Source: Candidatus Heimdallarchaeota archaeon (GTDB taxonomy: Archaea > Asgardarchaeota > Heimdallarchaeia > Hodarchaeales > Hodarchaeaceae). Taken from it: a stretch of 64,000 nt of DNA. The notes under the pieces are model-generated. The model was not told the DNA's origin and did no database searches. It was given only the letters and a program-made list of their open reading frames with translations. The position numbers and the translations under genes are program-made. Numbering within the stretch: position 1 is the first letter of the stretch; every line of letters starts with the position of its first letter. Location of the stretch: positions 320,001-384,000 of the forward strand of contig RDOB01000002.1 in NCBI GenBank assembly GCA_011364965.1, given 5' to 3'. This document shows positions 19,583-30,346 of the stretch, in pieces.

Positions 19583-21643
19583 TCACTCCTGCTTTGAATA
19601 TATTATCTCTGTTTCCAATTGAAAATCTCGCGAAGAGTTTCCGATCATTAAAAAAAACCTTCCTGGTTCAATCACCCAATTGTGCACTTTTGAATCGTAA
19701 AACGCCAAATTTTTGGCTTTAATTGGAATTTCTATAGTTTTTTGCTCTTTTGAATCAATATATACCTTTTGAAACCCAATTAACTCTTTAGGAGGGCGTT
19801 TAATAGAGCATTCTAGATCTTTGGCATAAACTTGGACAACTTCAGCTCCAGCTCTTTCTCCCGCATTGAAAACTTGTATTTTCAATTTTAGTTCATCATC
19901 AATGGATTTCAATATGGTTTTATCTAGAGTAACGTCTTTAAAGACAAACTTGGAATATGTTAAACCAAAACCAAAAGGGAATAAAGGTTCAATGTCAAAT
20001 CCATCGGTATAACGATAACCAATAAATATTCCTTCTTCATAATTAACTTTAAGATTTTCTCCTGGAAAGGTTTTAGGAGATTTATGCGCAGGGGAATCTG
20101 ATAACGATTTTGGAAAAGAAATCGGTAATTTTCCTGATGGATTCACGTCTCCAAATAAAATATTTGCTATTGCTCTTCCTGCATGCATGCCTGAATACCA
20201 TGCTTCAAGTACAACTGGAACATCTTCCAACCAATCATCCATTCCAATTGGACTACCGTTAATCAAGACAACAATCGTTTTGGGATTTTTCTTTGCAGTT
20301 GATTTTATGAGTTGTACTTGTGATTCTGGCAGTTCTAATCGAATTCTATCTGTTCCTTCACTATCGTTTCCAAACGGAATCACATCTTTCCTTTTATTAC
20401 GTCTAATCATACTCTGATTTGTATAATGATCCAAACCAGCAAATACTATAGCTACATCAGCGATGCTAGAGTCATTTAACAACTGAATTTTATCTTTACA
20501 CCTTTCTTTTAATCCCTGAAAAGGAGTGATTTCATAAGGAGGTTTTACAGCACTACTTCCACCTGCTAATAATTTCCCAAATTTTCTATTCAAGTTTGGA
20601 CCCAATACAGCAATTTTCGTAAGGGTAGAGAAGTTTAATGGTAATAAGCTACCAGTATTCTTTAATAAAACAATACCATCTTCTGCCATAGTTTGAGAAA
20701 GTCTTTGATGATCAGCTGTATTTCTTTTACTAGGTAATTGGATTTTCTTATTCTCAAATAATCCAACATAGGTCATAACAGTTAAAAAACGTATAATTAA
20801 TTTATTGATTTGTGAATCAGTTATTTTACCAGCTGAATATAATTGCTTTAAGAATTCTGGTTTATACTTATTTGCACTGGGCATTTCAAGAGACAGACCA
20901 GCCTCAATACAATCCTCTGGAGAGACCGGAGGATCACTACGAGCAAGGGAATACCAATCGGAAACAACAAAACCACTAAAACCCCATTTTGCCCATAAAA
21001 GATCCTCTAGCAGCTCTTTTGATTCAAAAATGTATTTCCCATTAACTTTATTGTATGAAGTCATTATCATCCATGGATTTGCTTCCAAAATTGTTTCCCT
21101 AAATGCACGAAGATAGATTTCATGGAGAGTTCTTTCGTCAATTTCAGCACTTATAGTAAAGCGATTCGTTTCTTGGTTGTTCGCGACATAGTGTTTTATA
21201 CATGCTGCGACTTTCTGACTCTGAACGCCTTTGACATAAGAAACCGCCAACTCCTTTGTTAAGAATGGATCTTCACTGAAATATTCAAAAGTTCTTCCAT
21301 TTAAAGGAGATCGATCAATATTGATACTGGGAGCGAGAATTGCATGTCTCCCAACTGCTCTTGCTTCCTCTCCAGCTGCTTTGCCGTATTCTTTAGCAAG
21401 ATCTGGATTCCATGTGGCAGCAAGACAAATACCACCCGGAAATCTCGTATTTTTTCGAAAAAAGCTTGAGTGCATAGATATACCGAAAGGTCCATCTGTC
21501 ATTCTAAAGCGTTTGATACCCAATCGTTTAATGGGATTTGTGTCAAAAAATCGGCTCCCAGAACATAATTTGATTTTTTCATCTAATGTTAATTGATTGA
21601 GTAAGTCATTAATATGTTTCTGTTGTTCATTTGATAGTTTCAT
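19583..21643 (-). CDS. Glycoside hydrolase family 3 beta-glucosidase
   Basis: TDGPFG, GRTFEYFSEDP, KHYVAN, VVSDW, VNPSGKLP and an Fn3-like C-terminus. Confidence 0.95.
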   Translation of the reverse strand: MKLSNEQQKHINDLLNQLTLDEKIKLCSGSRFFDTNPIKRLGIKRFRMTDGPFGISMHSSFFRKNTRFPGGICLAATWNPDLAKEYGKAAGEEARAVGRHAILAPSINIDRSPLNGRTFEYFSEDPFLTKELAVSYVKGVQSQKVAACIKHYVANNQETNRFTISAEIDERTLHEIYLRAFRETILEANPWMIMTSYNKVNGKYIFESKELLEDLLWAKWGFSGFVVSDWYSLARSDPPVSPEDCIEAGLSLEMPSANKYKPEFLKQLYSAGKITDSQINKLIIRFLTVMTYVGLFENKKIQLPSKRNTADHQRLSQTMAEDGIVLLKNTGSLLPLNFSTLTKIAVLGPNLNRKFGKLLAGGSSAVKPPYEITPFQGLKERCKDKIQLLNDSSIADVAIVFAGLDHYTNQSMIRRNKRKDVIPFGNDSEGTDRIRLELPESQVQLIKSTAKKNPKTIVVLINGSPIGMDDWLEDVPVVLEAWYSGMHAGRAIANILFGDVNPSGKLPISFPKSLSDSPAHKSPKTFPGENLKVNYEEGIFIGYRYTDGFDIEPLFPFGFGLTYSKFVFKDVTLDKTILKSIDDELKLKIQVFNAGERAGAEVVQVYAKDLECSIKRPPKELIGFQKVYIDSKEQKTIEIPIKAKNLAFYDSKVHNWVIEPGRFFLMIGNSSRDFQLETEIIYSKQE

Positions 21644-21796
21644 TTATTGAACCCGTTGGTTTGCCTAACCTTTAATTAAAAAGAACATAAATCTCCATTA
21701 GAATTATTAAGGACAACGGTAAGGTTTAGCTTTTTATCACTTTTCGTTTTTTAGGCTTGTTTCTTAATAAACAAGATTTTAAATAACTTTGTATTA

Positions 21797-21824
21797 TTTG
21801 TGCAATTATAATTATTTACACAAA
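21797..21824. promoter_or_regulatory. Imperfect inverted repeat TTTGTGCAA-N10-TTACACAAA in a divergent promoter region
   Basis: 8/9 arm complementarity, lying between the GH3 and P-type ATPase genes. Confidence 0.3.
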
Positions 21825-21982
21825 GATAAAAATCACAAAAAGGGATTACTCTTGATCAATCAACTAACTTATTTATTTAAAGATATTAAGATAATGAATG
21901 CAAGTAAGATGAAAACAAAGTCTCTGGAGATCTTAATAATTACTTCTAGCTAATTTAAAAATTATTTGCATGGGATTAAAGA

Positions 21983-24727
21983 ATGAAACAATATTGGCAC
22001 GCAAAATCTTTGAATTCGGTTATTGATCTTTTGGAAACAGATGATGAACGTGGTCTTTCCTCCTCTGAGGCTCTAAAACGACTCGAGACGTACGGACCTA
22101 ATGAATTAGAAAAAACTAAGAAGAAACATCCAATTTTTTTATTTTTAGACCAATTTACTGATCCCTTAGTTATCATACTTCTAGTTGCATTGGTAATTAG
22201 TGTGACGATTGGCGTTTTTTCCCCTCATGAGGAAGATAAGCTTGAATATTTCGTTGATGCAGTAGCTATTACAGTTATTGTACTCTTTAATGCCTTATTT
22301 GGTTTCATACAAGAATATAAAGCCGAGAAATCAATCGAAGCATTAAAATCAATGGCTGCTCCATTTACTACAGTTGTAAGAGATGGCAAAAAGGACAGAA
22401 TAGAAGCGAGATTTCTCGTGCCTGGAGATATTATTCAAATAGAAGAAGGTGACAAAGTTCCAGCAGATGCTCGCCTTATCCAAGCCCATTCTCTTAGAGT
22501 AGATGAATCTATGTTAACTGGTGAATCTTTTCCAGTAGCAAAAGAAAGAAATGCTGTATTACCAGAAAATGCATCAATTGCAGACATACGTAATACTATC
22601 TTTAGTGGTACAAATATCACAAGAGGACGAAGCTTAGCTGTGGTTATTCAAACTGGAATGAATACTGAATTTGGAAAAATTGCAAAGGGATTGATGGATG
22701 AAGATACTGAAGAAACTCCGTTGCAAAAACGACTCAAAGTACTGGGAAAATGGATTGGAATTGCAAGTCTTTCTATTTGTGCCATTATTTTCGCAATTGG
22801 GGTTATCTTAAGCCAAAATATAATCGATATGTTTATTGTTGCTGTTGGTTTAGCGGTTGCTGCGGTTCCTGAAGGATTACCAGCCGTTGTTACTCTCGCT
22901 TTAGCCCTTGGTGTTCAAAGAATGAGTCAGAAAAATGCTATTATTCGTCGTTTACCCTCCGTTGAAACCTTGGGATCAACAACTGTAATTTGCTCTGATA
23001 AAACTGGGACATTAACTCGAAATGAAATGACCGGAAGAAAGATACTCACTGTTGATGAAGAATTATCTATAAGCTCAAGCATGAAGATAAACGAGGCAGT
23101 AGAAAAGATTTTAGCAGTTGCTATAGAGTGCAATAATGCTCAACTTAAATCTAATGATTTCAAGAATGAGATAGACATTGGTGATCCAACTGAAATTGCT
23201 TTATTACGTGTAGCTAAGAAACTGGATTTTTCCACGAATTTTGAGCGGCTTTACGAAATTCCTTTTGATAGTAATTCCAAACGTATGAGTGTAGTGGTAA
23301 AAAATCCCTCTAAAAAATATTTTGTGTTCACAAAAGGAGCTCCTGACGTATTGCTTCAGATATGTGAAAACTATTATTCAAAAGGAGAAATTATGCCTTT
23401 AAATGAAAATGTTCGTCAAAATTTGGAAAAATCTGAACAGCTTCTTGCTGAAAGAGGGTATAGGATGTTAGGGATGGCGTTCAAAGAGGCATCTAAAGAA
23501 AAAGTTGAAATTTCTATTTTTTCGGAAGATACTGAACAAATAGAATCTAATTTAACTTATCTTGGAGCTATCGCGATTATGGATCCACCCCGTGAGGGAA
23601 CAAAGGAATCTATTGAGACTTGCAAGGTAGCAGGTATTCGTCCAGTCATGATTACTGGAGATCATATGAAAACTGCCCTTGCAGTGGCAAATGAAATTGG
23701 TTTGGTCGAGGATATTGATACTAAATATTCTATGGAAGGAAGTGACCTTGCTCTATTATCTGATAAAGAACTAAGAGATGCTGTAAAAACAGTGAGAGTT
23801 TTTGCTAGAGTATCTCCTGAACATAAATTAAAGTTAGTATCAGCTTTCAAAGCAAATAATCACATTGTTGCGATGACTGGTGATGGAGTTAATGATGCCC
23901 CCGCTTTAAAGAAAGCAGATATTGGAATATCTATGGGAATTTCAGGTACCGATGTATCAAAGGAAGCTTCTGATATGGTATTAGCTGATGATGATTTTTC
24001 AACAATCGTTGGAGCAATTCTTGAAGGAAGAACAATATATGATAATATGAGAAAATTCATTCTTTACTTATTATCCTGTAATGCAGGGGAAATCGCAGCT
24101 ATGTTTATCGGAATCATGATCACATCCATTTTATTCGGAGCTCCTGTATTACCTTTACTTGCGATACAAATATTATGGGTTAATCTTGCAACTGATGGAC
24201 TTCCTGCTCTCGCCTTGGGTGTAGACCCTCCTGATTCTGATGTAATGATAAGAAAACCACGAGATCCAGATGAATCAATACTTACTAAAAAGGCCTTTTA
24301 CTTTATTCTATATTCTGGAATCTTAATTGGCGTTGGCACGTTATTCATATTCTTTTGGTATCTTACTTTTTCTACTGCCACAACTGAAATCGAAAGGATT
24401 ATGGAAGCTCGAACGGCAGCATTTACATTACTAGTAACCTTCCAGATGATTATGGCATTAAATATTCGTAAAGAGGAGCACTCACTCTTTGGCAAGGAAT
24501 TTATCCGTAATCCATACCTGCTTTTAGCAATTATCAGTTCAATGTTTTTCCATAGCTTAATACTATATTTACCGTTGTTAAATCCGATCTTTGAAACGGT
24601 ACCTTTAAGTCTAACAGATTGGTTATTTGTTCTCATTATTGGGAGTACTCTAATTTTTATAGATGAAAGTCGTACATTTTTATCAAAAAGAGTTCCAGCT
24701 TTGAAAAGTATTGCTGGTTATTGGTAG
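21983..24727 (+). CDS. P2A-type (SERCA-like) Ca2+-transporting P-type ATPase
   Basis: TGES, PEGL, DKTGTLT, KGAPD, TGDGVND, SCNAGE, WVNLATDGLP. Confidence 0.93.
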   Translation: MKQYWHAKSLNSVIDLLETDDERGLSSSEALKRLETYGPNELEKTKKKHPIFLFLDQFTDPLVIILLVALVISVTIGVFSPHEEDKLEYFVDAVAITVIVLFNALFGFIQEYKAEKSIEALKSMAAPFTTVVRDGKKDRIEARFLVPGDIIQIEEGDKVPADARLIQAHSLRVDESMLTGESFPVAKERNAVLPENASIADIRNTIFSGTNITRGRSLAVVIQTGMNTEFGKIAKGLMDEDTEETPLQKRLKVLGKWIGIASLSICAIIFAIGVILSQNIIDMFIVAVGLAVAAVPEGLPAVVTLALALGVQRMSQKNAIIRRLPSVETLGSTTVICSDKTGTLTRNEMTGRKILTVDEELSISSSMKINEAVEKILAVAIECNNAQLKSNDFKNEIDIGDPTEIALLRVAKKLDFSTNFERLYEIPFDSNSKRMSVVVKNPSKKYFVFTKGAPDVLLQICENYYSKGEIMPLNENVRQNLEKSEQLLAERGYRMLGMAFKEASKEKVEISIFSEDTEQIESNLTYLGAIAIMDPPREGTKESIETCKVAGIRPVMITGDHMKTALAVANEIGLVEDIDTKYSMEGSDLALLSDKELRDAVKTVRVFARVSPEHKLKLVSAFKANNHIVAMTGDGVNDAPALKKADIGISMGISGTDVSKEASDMVLADDDFSTIVGAILEGRTIYDNMRKFILYLLSCNAGEIAAMFIGIMITSILFGAPVLPLLAIQILWVNLATDGLPALALGVDPPDSDVMIRKPRDPDESILTKKAFYFILYSGILIGVGTLFIFFWYLTFSTATTEIERIMEARTAAFTLLVTFQMIMALNIRKEEHSLFGKEFIRNPYLLLAIISSMFFHSLILYLPLLNPIFETVPLSLTDWLFVLIIGSTLIFIDESRTFLSKRVPALKSIAGYW

Positions 24728-24881
24728 AGTTTCCAAAAAGAATCCCAGACATGTATAAAAAGAATAATTAATCATAATAGTTCATAGCAATAAGCAAGGT
24801 TTAATAAAAAAGAAGGAACTTCACCTTAAAAAGAAATAATCGTCTTTAAATAATTACCGAGAGTGGAATAGAGGACATATA

Positions 24882-26360
24882 ATGGTATCTATGACTCGGA
24901 TCAAAATTTCAAGGGTTTTTAATGCAGCCACTTTCTTCATTTTCACCTTTATCCAGATGATATTTGTTTCATGGATTTCAATAAGCCAAACTTATAAAGA
25001 ATCAGCCTTTCCACCAATTAAAGTTCTCGGTTTTTATGTTGCATTCAATCCTTTCGCTGATTTACGTTTCACTGCCTTTCTGGTTCTTTTAACGGCTGGA
25101 TTGCAAGTTTTACTACTTGCCTTACTTGTGAATATTGTTTTCTCTAATAAGAATATGGTTCAAATCTACCCTGAACCCCTTTATGGTCCTGCATATGCTC
25201 CTGAGGAAGCGCCGTTAGTCGATAGAACTCTTGGTCTTGTTCAACGCGTTGCGAGCAAAGCTCGTATAAAAGTAACAAAAGTATTCGTTTATCGTAAAGC
25301 AGTTCCAAATGCTTTTAGCTTAGATTTATTACCTATCCCAATTTTTAGAAAACCTTACTTAGTATTAAACACAAATGTATTAGAAATCTTAAATGATAAG
25401 GAAATTGAATCTGTAATTGCACATGAACTTGCTCATGTTAAAAATGGTGATAGTTTTATTCGATTAGTTCTTTCAATACCTAGACTTTTTCTTAATCTTG
25501 CTTATCTTTTTATTTACCTTCAGATTCTTACTGGAATTCTTGATGCTGTCTTTGACTCATTGGATATAGGAGCAGCTGTTGAACGTTTAATCTTCCTAGG
25601 ACTGATATATATCTTTATTGCTTTTATCACAAAATTCACAGTGCATTTTTTGTTTGCAGCTAATCATAAAGCAGAATTTCTTGCTGATTATTTTGCTGCC
25701 ACTCTAGTTGGCTCCGATATCCTCATAAATTCACTGATCCATTTGGGCCAACGCAGTGAAGCGATGCAGGTTCTGAATCGTGAAATAGAATGGCTTCAGG
25801 GCTTATCGGGAGAAAAAAAACTTTCAACTACGTTATTGAGAAATATTTACCAAAAATTTCCTAAAACTCAGCTCGATGAAGATATTGCAAGAGAAACAGC
25901 TCCAAAATTGTTCTTAGAAGAGAAATTGGAGGAATTAGTTTTTTTCTATGGAATTGAATTGGATAGGCAAATTCGAAATCAGCTTATTGAGCGCGCTGTC
26001 CCCTCGCTTTTGGAAAAAAGAGAGCAATATTACGATACGCTCAAAGATGAAGAATCAGACATCAAACCTAGTATATTAAAAGAAAAGACTATCGACTGGC
26101 GAAGATTCGATGCTGATAAGAACCAATACCTAGAAGAGGATGAAATTGAATCTTTGATTTTTACATTACTCGCGCAACCAGATAAAATGGTTTTTGAACA
26201 TGAACTTTTCCAAGGAACAGAAAAAGATCAGGATCACCCAGGTTTCCGTGTACGGATCCTAAAAATTTTCCAAGTATTTCATCCTGATAAATATGAACAA
26301 ATTGAATCTCAAATTCTCCAACAAGCTGAAAAGCAAGTTATATTAGAAAATCCAGTTTAA
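24882..26360 (+). CDS. M48/HtpX-family membrane zinc protease with an inserted EF-hand-containing domain
   Basis: PNAF, HELAH, AEFLAD and HPGFRVRI. EF-hand loop DADKNQYLEEDE at 26109-26144. Confidence 0.88.
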   Translation: MVSMTRIKISRVFNAATFFIFTFIQMIFVSWISISQTYKESAFPPIKVLGFYVAFNPFADLRFTAFLVLLTAGLQVLLLALLVNIVFSNKNMVQIYPEPLYGPAYAPEEAPLVDRTLGLVQRVASKARIKVTKVFVYRKAVPNAFSLDLLPIPIFRKPYLVLNTNVLEILNDKEIESVIAHELAHVKNGDSFIRLVLSIPRLFLNLAYLFIYLQILTGILDAVFDSLDIGAAVERLIFLGLIYIFIAFITKFTVHFLFAANHKAEFLADYFAATLVGSDILINSLIHLGQRSEAMQVLNREIEWLQGLSGEKKLSTTLLRNIYQKFPKTQLDEDIARETAPKLFLEEKLEELVFFYGIELDRQIRNQLIERAVPSLLEKREQYYDTLKDEESDIKPSILKEKTIDWRRFDADKNQYLEEDEIESLIFTLLAQPDKMVFEHELFQGTEKDQDHPGFRVRILKIFQVFHPDKYEQIESQILQQAEKQVILENPV

Positions 26361-27382
26361 TCAAATAGAACTCTTTCTAACATTAAGGGGATATTTCTTT
26401 CATTAGATGGCAGATAGAACAATTTAATATTAGGAAGTTTCCGTAGTTTGCCAAATAAAGGAGTAGTTAATTGCAAAGCTTGCCTTTTAGGAGTAATTAT
26501 AATTCTAACGTCTTGCATTTTGCTTAAAAGTGGAATAAAATCGAATCCTGTTGTAGCTAGCAAATCCGATATTAAAACAAGCGTTTTTTTACGAGAAATG
26601 ACTTTTTTAAACTCTTTATTAGTTGCTTTCAAAGCTGTATAAATATTGGTCTTTCCTCCAGAACGAATATTAATCAGCTTTTGAATGATTTCCTCACTGG
26701 TCATGAAGTGATCTGAATAGCTTTTTAAAATCCTTGGATCTGTATCAAATCCAATTATGGCCATATCACGGATATCCATGATCATGGAAAAAAGAATTGA
26801 GGCCAAGATGATTAATCTTAGATGGGTCAATACCGAATGGCTATGATCAATTAAAAGGATGACACTCTTCTCCTTCCGTTTTCTTTCATAGCATATTACA
26901 TGTTTATACATGAAATATGGGTCACCTGATCCTAGGTAATTCGCTATCGTGTGTTCAAGATGCCAAGACTTGCCTGGAACATAAGGGACCTTTCTGGGGT
27001 ATTTAGATCGGTCAATAGATTTTAATATCCTTTCTGCATGCCGAAATAATTTAGGGATTATAAGAGAGATTAGAACTTGTTTTTCATGTTCGGGAAAAAA
27101 TTCTTTTATCTGAAAAATTAAAGATGTCGATTCAAGTATAAATTCAGCGCTGGAAAAGTCTAATTGAAGAACTTCAGCAACTGCCCGTGGATGTTTTTCC
27201 GCAATTACTTCAATTGCTCTTAAATTTCTACTTGTAATGGCCTTCTTTGTAAATTCTAACGCAGAATTTTCATCTAGTTTTTGTCTTAAATCGAACTCGT
27301 ATATTCGTTCTAGAAGCATGATATCTAGGCCGTTAGAGGATTGTATTGAGATAGATGCGGGACTAATGTCCCGCTTTATCAA
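26357..27382 (-). CDS. vWA domain protein (MoxR partner)
   Basis: MIDAS residues DHSHS...GGKTNI...ISD; overlaps the MoxR stop codon. Confidence 0.88.
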   Translation of the reverse strand: MIKRDISPASISIQSSNGLDIMLLERIYEFDLRQKLDENSALEFTKKAITSRNLRAIEVIAEKHPRAVAEVLQLDFSSAEFILESTSLIFQIKEFFPEHEKQVLISLIIPKLFRHAERILKSIDRSKYPRKVPYVPGKSWHLEHTIANYLGSGDPYFMYKHVICYERKRKEKSVILLIDHSHSVLTHLRLIILASILFSMIMDIRDMAIIGFDTDPRILKSYSDHFMTSEEIIQKLINIRSGGKTNIYTALKATNKEFKKVISRKKTLVLISDLLATTGFDFIPLLSKMQDVRIIITPKRQALQLTTPLFGKLRKLPNIKLFYLPSNERNIPLMLERVLFD

Positions 27383-28230
27383 TTTTTTGAAATATTTGGG
27401 AAAAAAACTGATTCTGCTATTTCAAAAAGGCATTCTTCAATGGTTTTATCAATATCTGGATGTAATTTTACCTTACCTGAATATACAGAATAAATAGCAG
27501 CAAGAAATGTATCACGAGATTTCGGTAAATCCTTTAAAAGATTAGTCAATTGAATAGCGGCCCTAATACTCGCTCCAGAGTCAAAATTGGTATTTTTTCT
27601 TGTTTTCTCTGTGAATTCAACTACCTTCTGTATCAAAGGAAGATCTTTACATCCAGTCCTTAATTTCACAATATCTTCAGCTTCTCCCCCTGATTTATGA
27701 AATAATCTAATGAGAATACATCGATCAAAAAATGCTTCTGGAAGTGGATTTGTTCCTACATATTCAGAAGGATTTAGGGTAAAGATCGAATAAAAATGGT
27801 CATGAGCTTTAACTTCTCCATATTGCGGGATAAAGATATTCCTTTCGTCCATTGCTGCCAGAACTCCGTTCATACTTTCGCTAGGAGCTCTATTTACCTC
27901 ATTGAAGAAAAATAACCCACCGTTGTTCATTGCGTTTGTTAATGGGCCGTGAATAAAGCTTTTCTCGGTGAAACCAAGTTTCATAACTAATGGCGGATCA
28001 AACCATCCCCGACAATGAGTTATGGTTAGATTTTCATCCCCATCTACCCTATAAAAAGGTCTTTTTAATGCTTTAGCGACTGTTTTAGCTAATTCCGTTT
28101 TCCCCGTTCCTGATTCTCCTTCGATTACGACAGGAATATGGTTATTAATTGCTGCTAGTATTATTTTGATTTCCGAATTGAGGCCTAAGAGATTTTTTGC
28201 ACATTCTTGTATAATTAAATCGAAATTCAT
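27379..28230 (-). CDS. MoxR-family AAA+ ATPase
   Basis: GESGTGKT, FFFNEVNR, TLNP, LPEAFFDR, SIRAAI. Confidence 0.92.
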   Translation of the reverse strand: MNFDLIIQECAKNLLGLNSEIKIILAAINNHIPVVIEGESGTGKTELAKTVAKALKRPFYRVDGDENLTITHCRGWFDPPLVMKLGFTEKSFIHGPLTNAMNNGGLFFFNEVNRAPSESMNGVLAAMDERNIFIPQYGEVKAHDHFYSIFTLNPSEYVGTNPLPEAFFDRCILIRLFHKSGGEAEDIVKLRTGCKDLPLIQKVVEFTEKTRKNTNFDSGASIRAAIQLTNLLKDLPKSRDTFLAAIYSVYSGKVKLHPDIDKTIEECLFEIAESVFFPNISKN

Positions 28231-28275
28231 ATTCTTTAACCTTAAAAATCGGTATAAGAAGATTCTTAGAGTGTT

Positions 28276-30216
28276 TCAAATCTCAATTAGAACTTTTGTT
28301 AAAGTAACTTTTCCAGTATCTTCATCAAAAGTTAACCAACCTTCTTCCTCTAATTCTTTAACTAATCGTGCTGCAAATACAAGTTGAATAGCAACTGACT
28401 TTGCTAATTCAGTTATAGAAGCTTGTTGAACTTCTTGTAATACAAATAAAAGGGCATATTTTGGATTTTTTGCTAGATTAATTTTGAGAGTTTCGACAGC
28501 TGATTGAAGATTTTCCGATTTTGATTCCAATCGCATTTTTTCTTTTTCTAGGAGATTCATTACATTATTCTTATCATTCAATGCTGTTTCGACTTCTTTC
28601 AGTCTTTTTTCTAGTCTTTTATTCTCAGCATTTGAATTATCAAGATGAGACTGAAGACTTTGAATCTGTGTTGCGAAATCGTCACGTTCTCGTTCTATTT
28701 GAGACTGGAATGCTATTGATTCAGTTGCTTCCTTTGCAATTTCAGTTTGTCTTTGTCTAAATAGCTCTAAATCTTTACGAGATTCTTCTAGTTCTCTATT
28801 CTTTAATTGTAATTGGTTCTCAAAATCCGTGATTATTGATTTCTGCTTTTCGAAAGAAATATTCAAATTGGCTAATTCATCTCTCAGTTGATTTCTATCC
28901 TCTTCCAAGGAGGTAATCCTCTCATCTTTCCCCATCAGGGATTTTGTTTTATCCTCCAATTGCATTTGAATAGAACGTTTTTCTCTTTTAAGATTCTCGG
29001 AAATTTCCTCGTGTTCTTTTTGCTGGAGGCTGAGTTTTTCAATTTCTGCTGATAAATCGGAATTTTGTTGTTTAATTCTTGATAATTCTCGTTTAAAGTC
29101 CTCTATTTCCTTCTGTATAGCTAATTTTTCTTCTTTCAGAGATGCAACATATTCTGTGAGATCTTGGGAACCTTTTTCTCTAGCCTCTACTTTCAAAGAT
29201 AGTTCTCGAACTTCATCCTCCTTTCTTTCCAAGACCTTTTTGGTATCATCTAATTCTTCCCTAAGTGTGACTGCTTGCTGACTAGTTTCTGCAGAATCCA
29301 ATAATAAATCCTCATTTTCCTCCTCGAGTTGTTTTATACGTTCAGATAATTCATCATTAACATTTATTAAATTACTCATATCAGTATTAAGCTGTTTAAG
29401 TTGACTTTTAAGAGAATTAAGGTCTTCTTTGAACTTTTCTTTTTGAATATTGATTACCTGAAGATTTTCCTCTCTAATTGATTCTATCTCAAGGCGCAGC
29501 TTTTCATTAGCTTCTTTCAGTTTAATATTGTCTTCTGCACTACTTGTGAGAACTTGAACTTCCGCTTTCAAGTTTTCTATTTCCATATCGCGATCTCCCA
29601 AAACACTTTGCAATTCCTCAACCTCAAGACGAGTTGACACAAGTGCATTTCCCACAGTTTCAAATTCAGCGTCCATTTTTTCTCTATCATGTCGGGCTTG
29701 CTTCGCTTCTCGTAATGCTTGATCTAATTCTTCCTGAAGCCTATTAATATTTTCAAGTTGATCTTCTACTTTATCAGAGCTAATACCAGACTGATTTTGC
29801 AATTTTGCAATTATTCCTTCTTTTTCTTGTAATTGAATCTGAAGATCATCTAGTTGAAGTTGAATTGGTTCAATCTCCGCTGCTCTTCTTCTCCATTCGT
29901 CTATTTCATTTTTTAATTGATCGAGCTCGTCGTGAGTAACGACTATTGCTCCGCTGGAGTCGAGTTCTTCTATATTATCAACACCTTTTAACCCGATTTT
30001 GGAAAATTCCGTGTGAGCTTCCTTATTGAACGATTGCATTTTCCTTTTAAATGTTTCAATCAAAGCCTCAATTTCTGTAAGGGAATAATGCATTTTAGGG
30101 TTTCTTTGTAGATTCTGGACTATTGATTTCGCTTCAGAAGAAATCTCACGCTCTAATCGACGTTCTTGCTCTGCAATATTTTGAATAAATACTAATTTTG
30201 GGTTTTTTCTAGACAA
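28276..30216 (-). CDS. Long coiled-coil protein with a C-terminal winged-helix domain
   Basis: About 480 aa of heptad repeats, then 'ASITELAKSVAIQLVFAARLVKELEEEGWLTFD'. Confidence 0.85.
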   Translation of the reverse strand: MSRKNPKLVFIQNIAEQERRLEREISSEAKSIVQNLQRNPKMHYSLTEIEALIETFKRKMQSFNKEAHTEFSKIGLKGVDNIEELDSSGAIVVTHDELDQLKNEIDEWRRRAAEIEPIQLQLDDLQIQLQEKEGIIAKLQNQSGISSDKVEDQLENINRLQEELDQALREAKQARHDREKMDAEFETVGNALVSTRLEVEELQSVLGDRDMEIENLKAEVQVLTSSAEDNIKLKEANEKLRLEIESIREENLQVINIQKEKFKEDLNSLKSQLKQLNTDMSNLINVNDELSERIKQLEEENEDLLLDSAETSQQAVTLREELDDTKKVLERKEDEVRELSLKVEAREKGSQDLTEYVASLKEEKLAIQKEIEDFKRELSRIKQQNSDLSAEIEKLSLQQKEHEEISENLKREKRSIQMQLEDKTKSLMGKDERITSLEEDRNQLRDELANLNISFEKQKSIITDFENQLQLKNRELEESRKDLELFRQRQTEIAKEATESIAFQSQIERERDDFATQIQSLQSHLDNSNAENKRLEKRLKEVETALNDKNNVMNLLEKEKMRLESKSENLQSAVETLKINLAKNPKYALLFVLQEVQQASITELAKSVAIQLVFAARLVKELEEEGWLTFDEDTGKVTLTKVLIEI

Positions 30217-30346
30217 GATTGATTTTCGCCCCTAGATTACTTATTCGCCTCGGTTGGATAAAAACTTCTTTCACTCTCTACTTTGGAGTATTCAGAATTT
30301 TGCTAATTGTTGAGACATTCTAGTTTGGATCAAGTTATATTTTTTG

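Noticed and set aside
28276-30216. SMC/Rad50 ATPase
   Set aside because: No Walker A/B, signature motif or hinge; only coiled coil plus wHTH.
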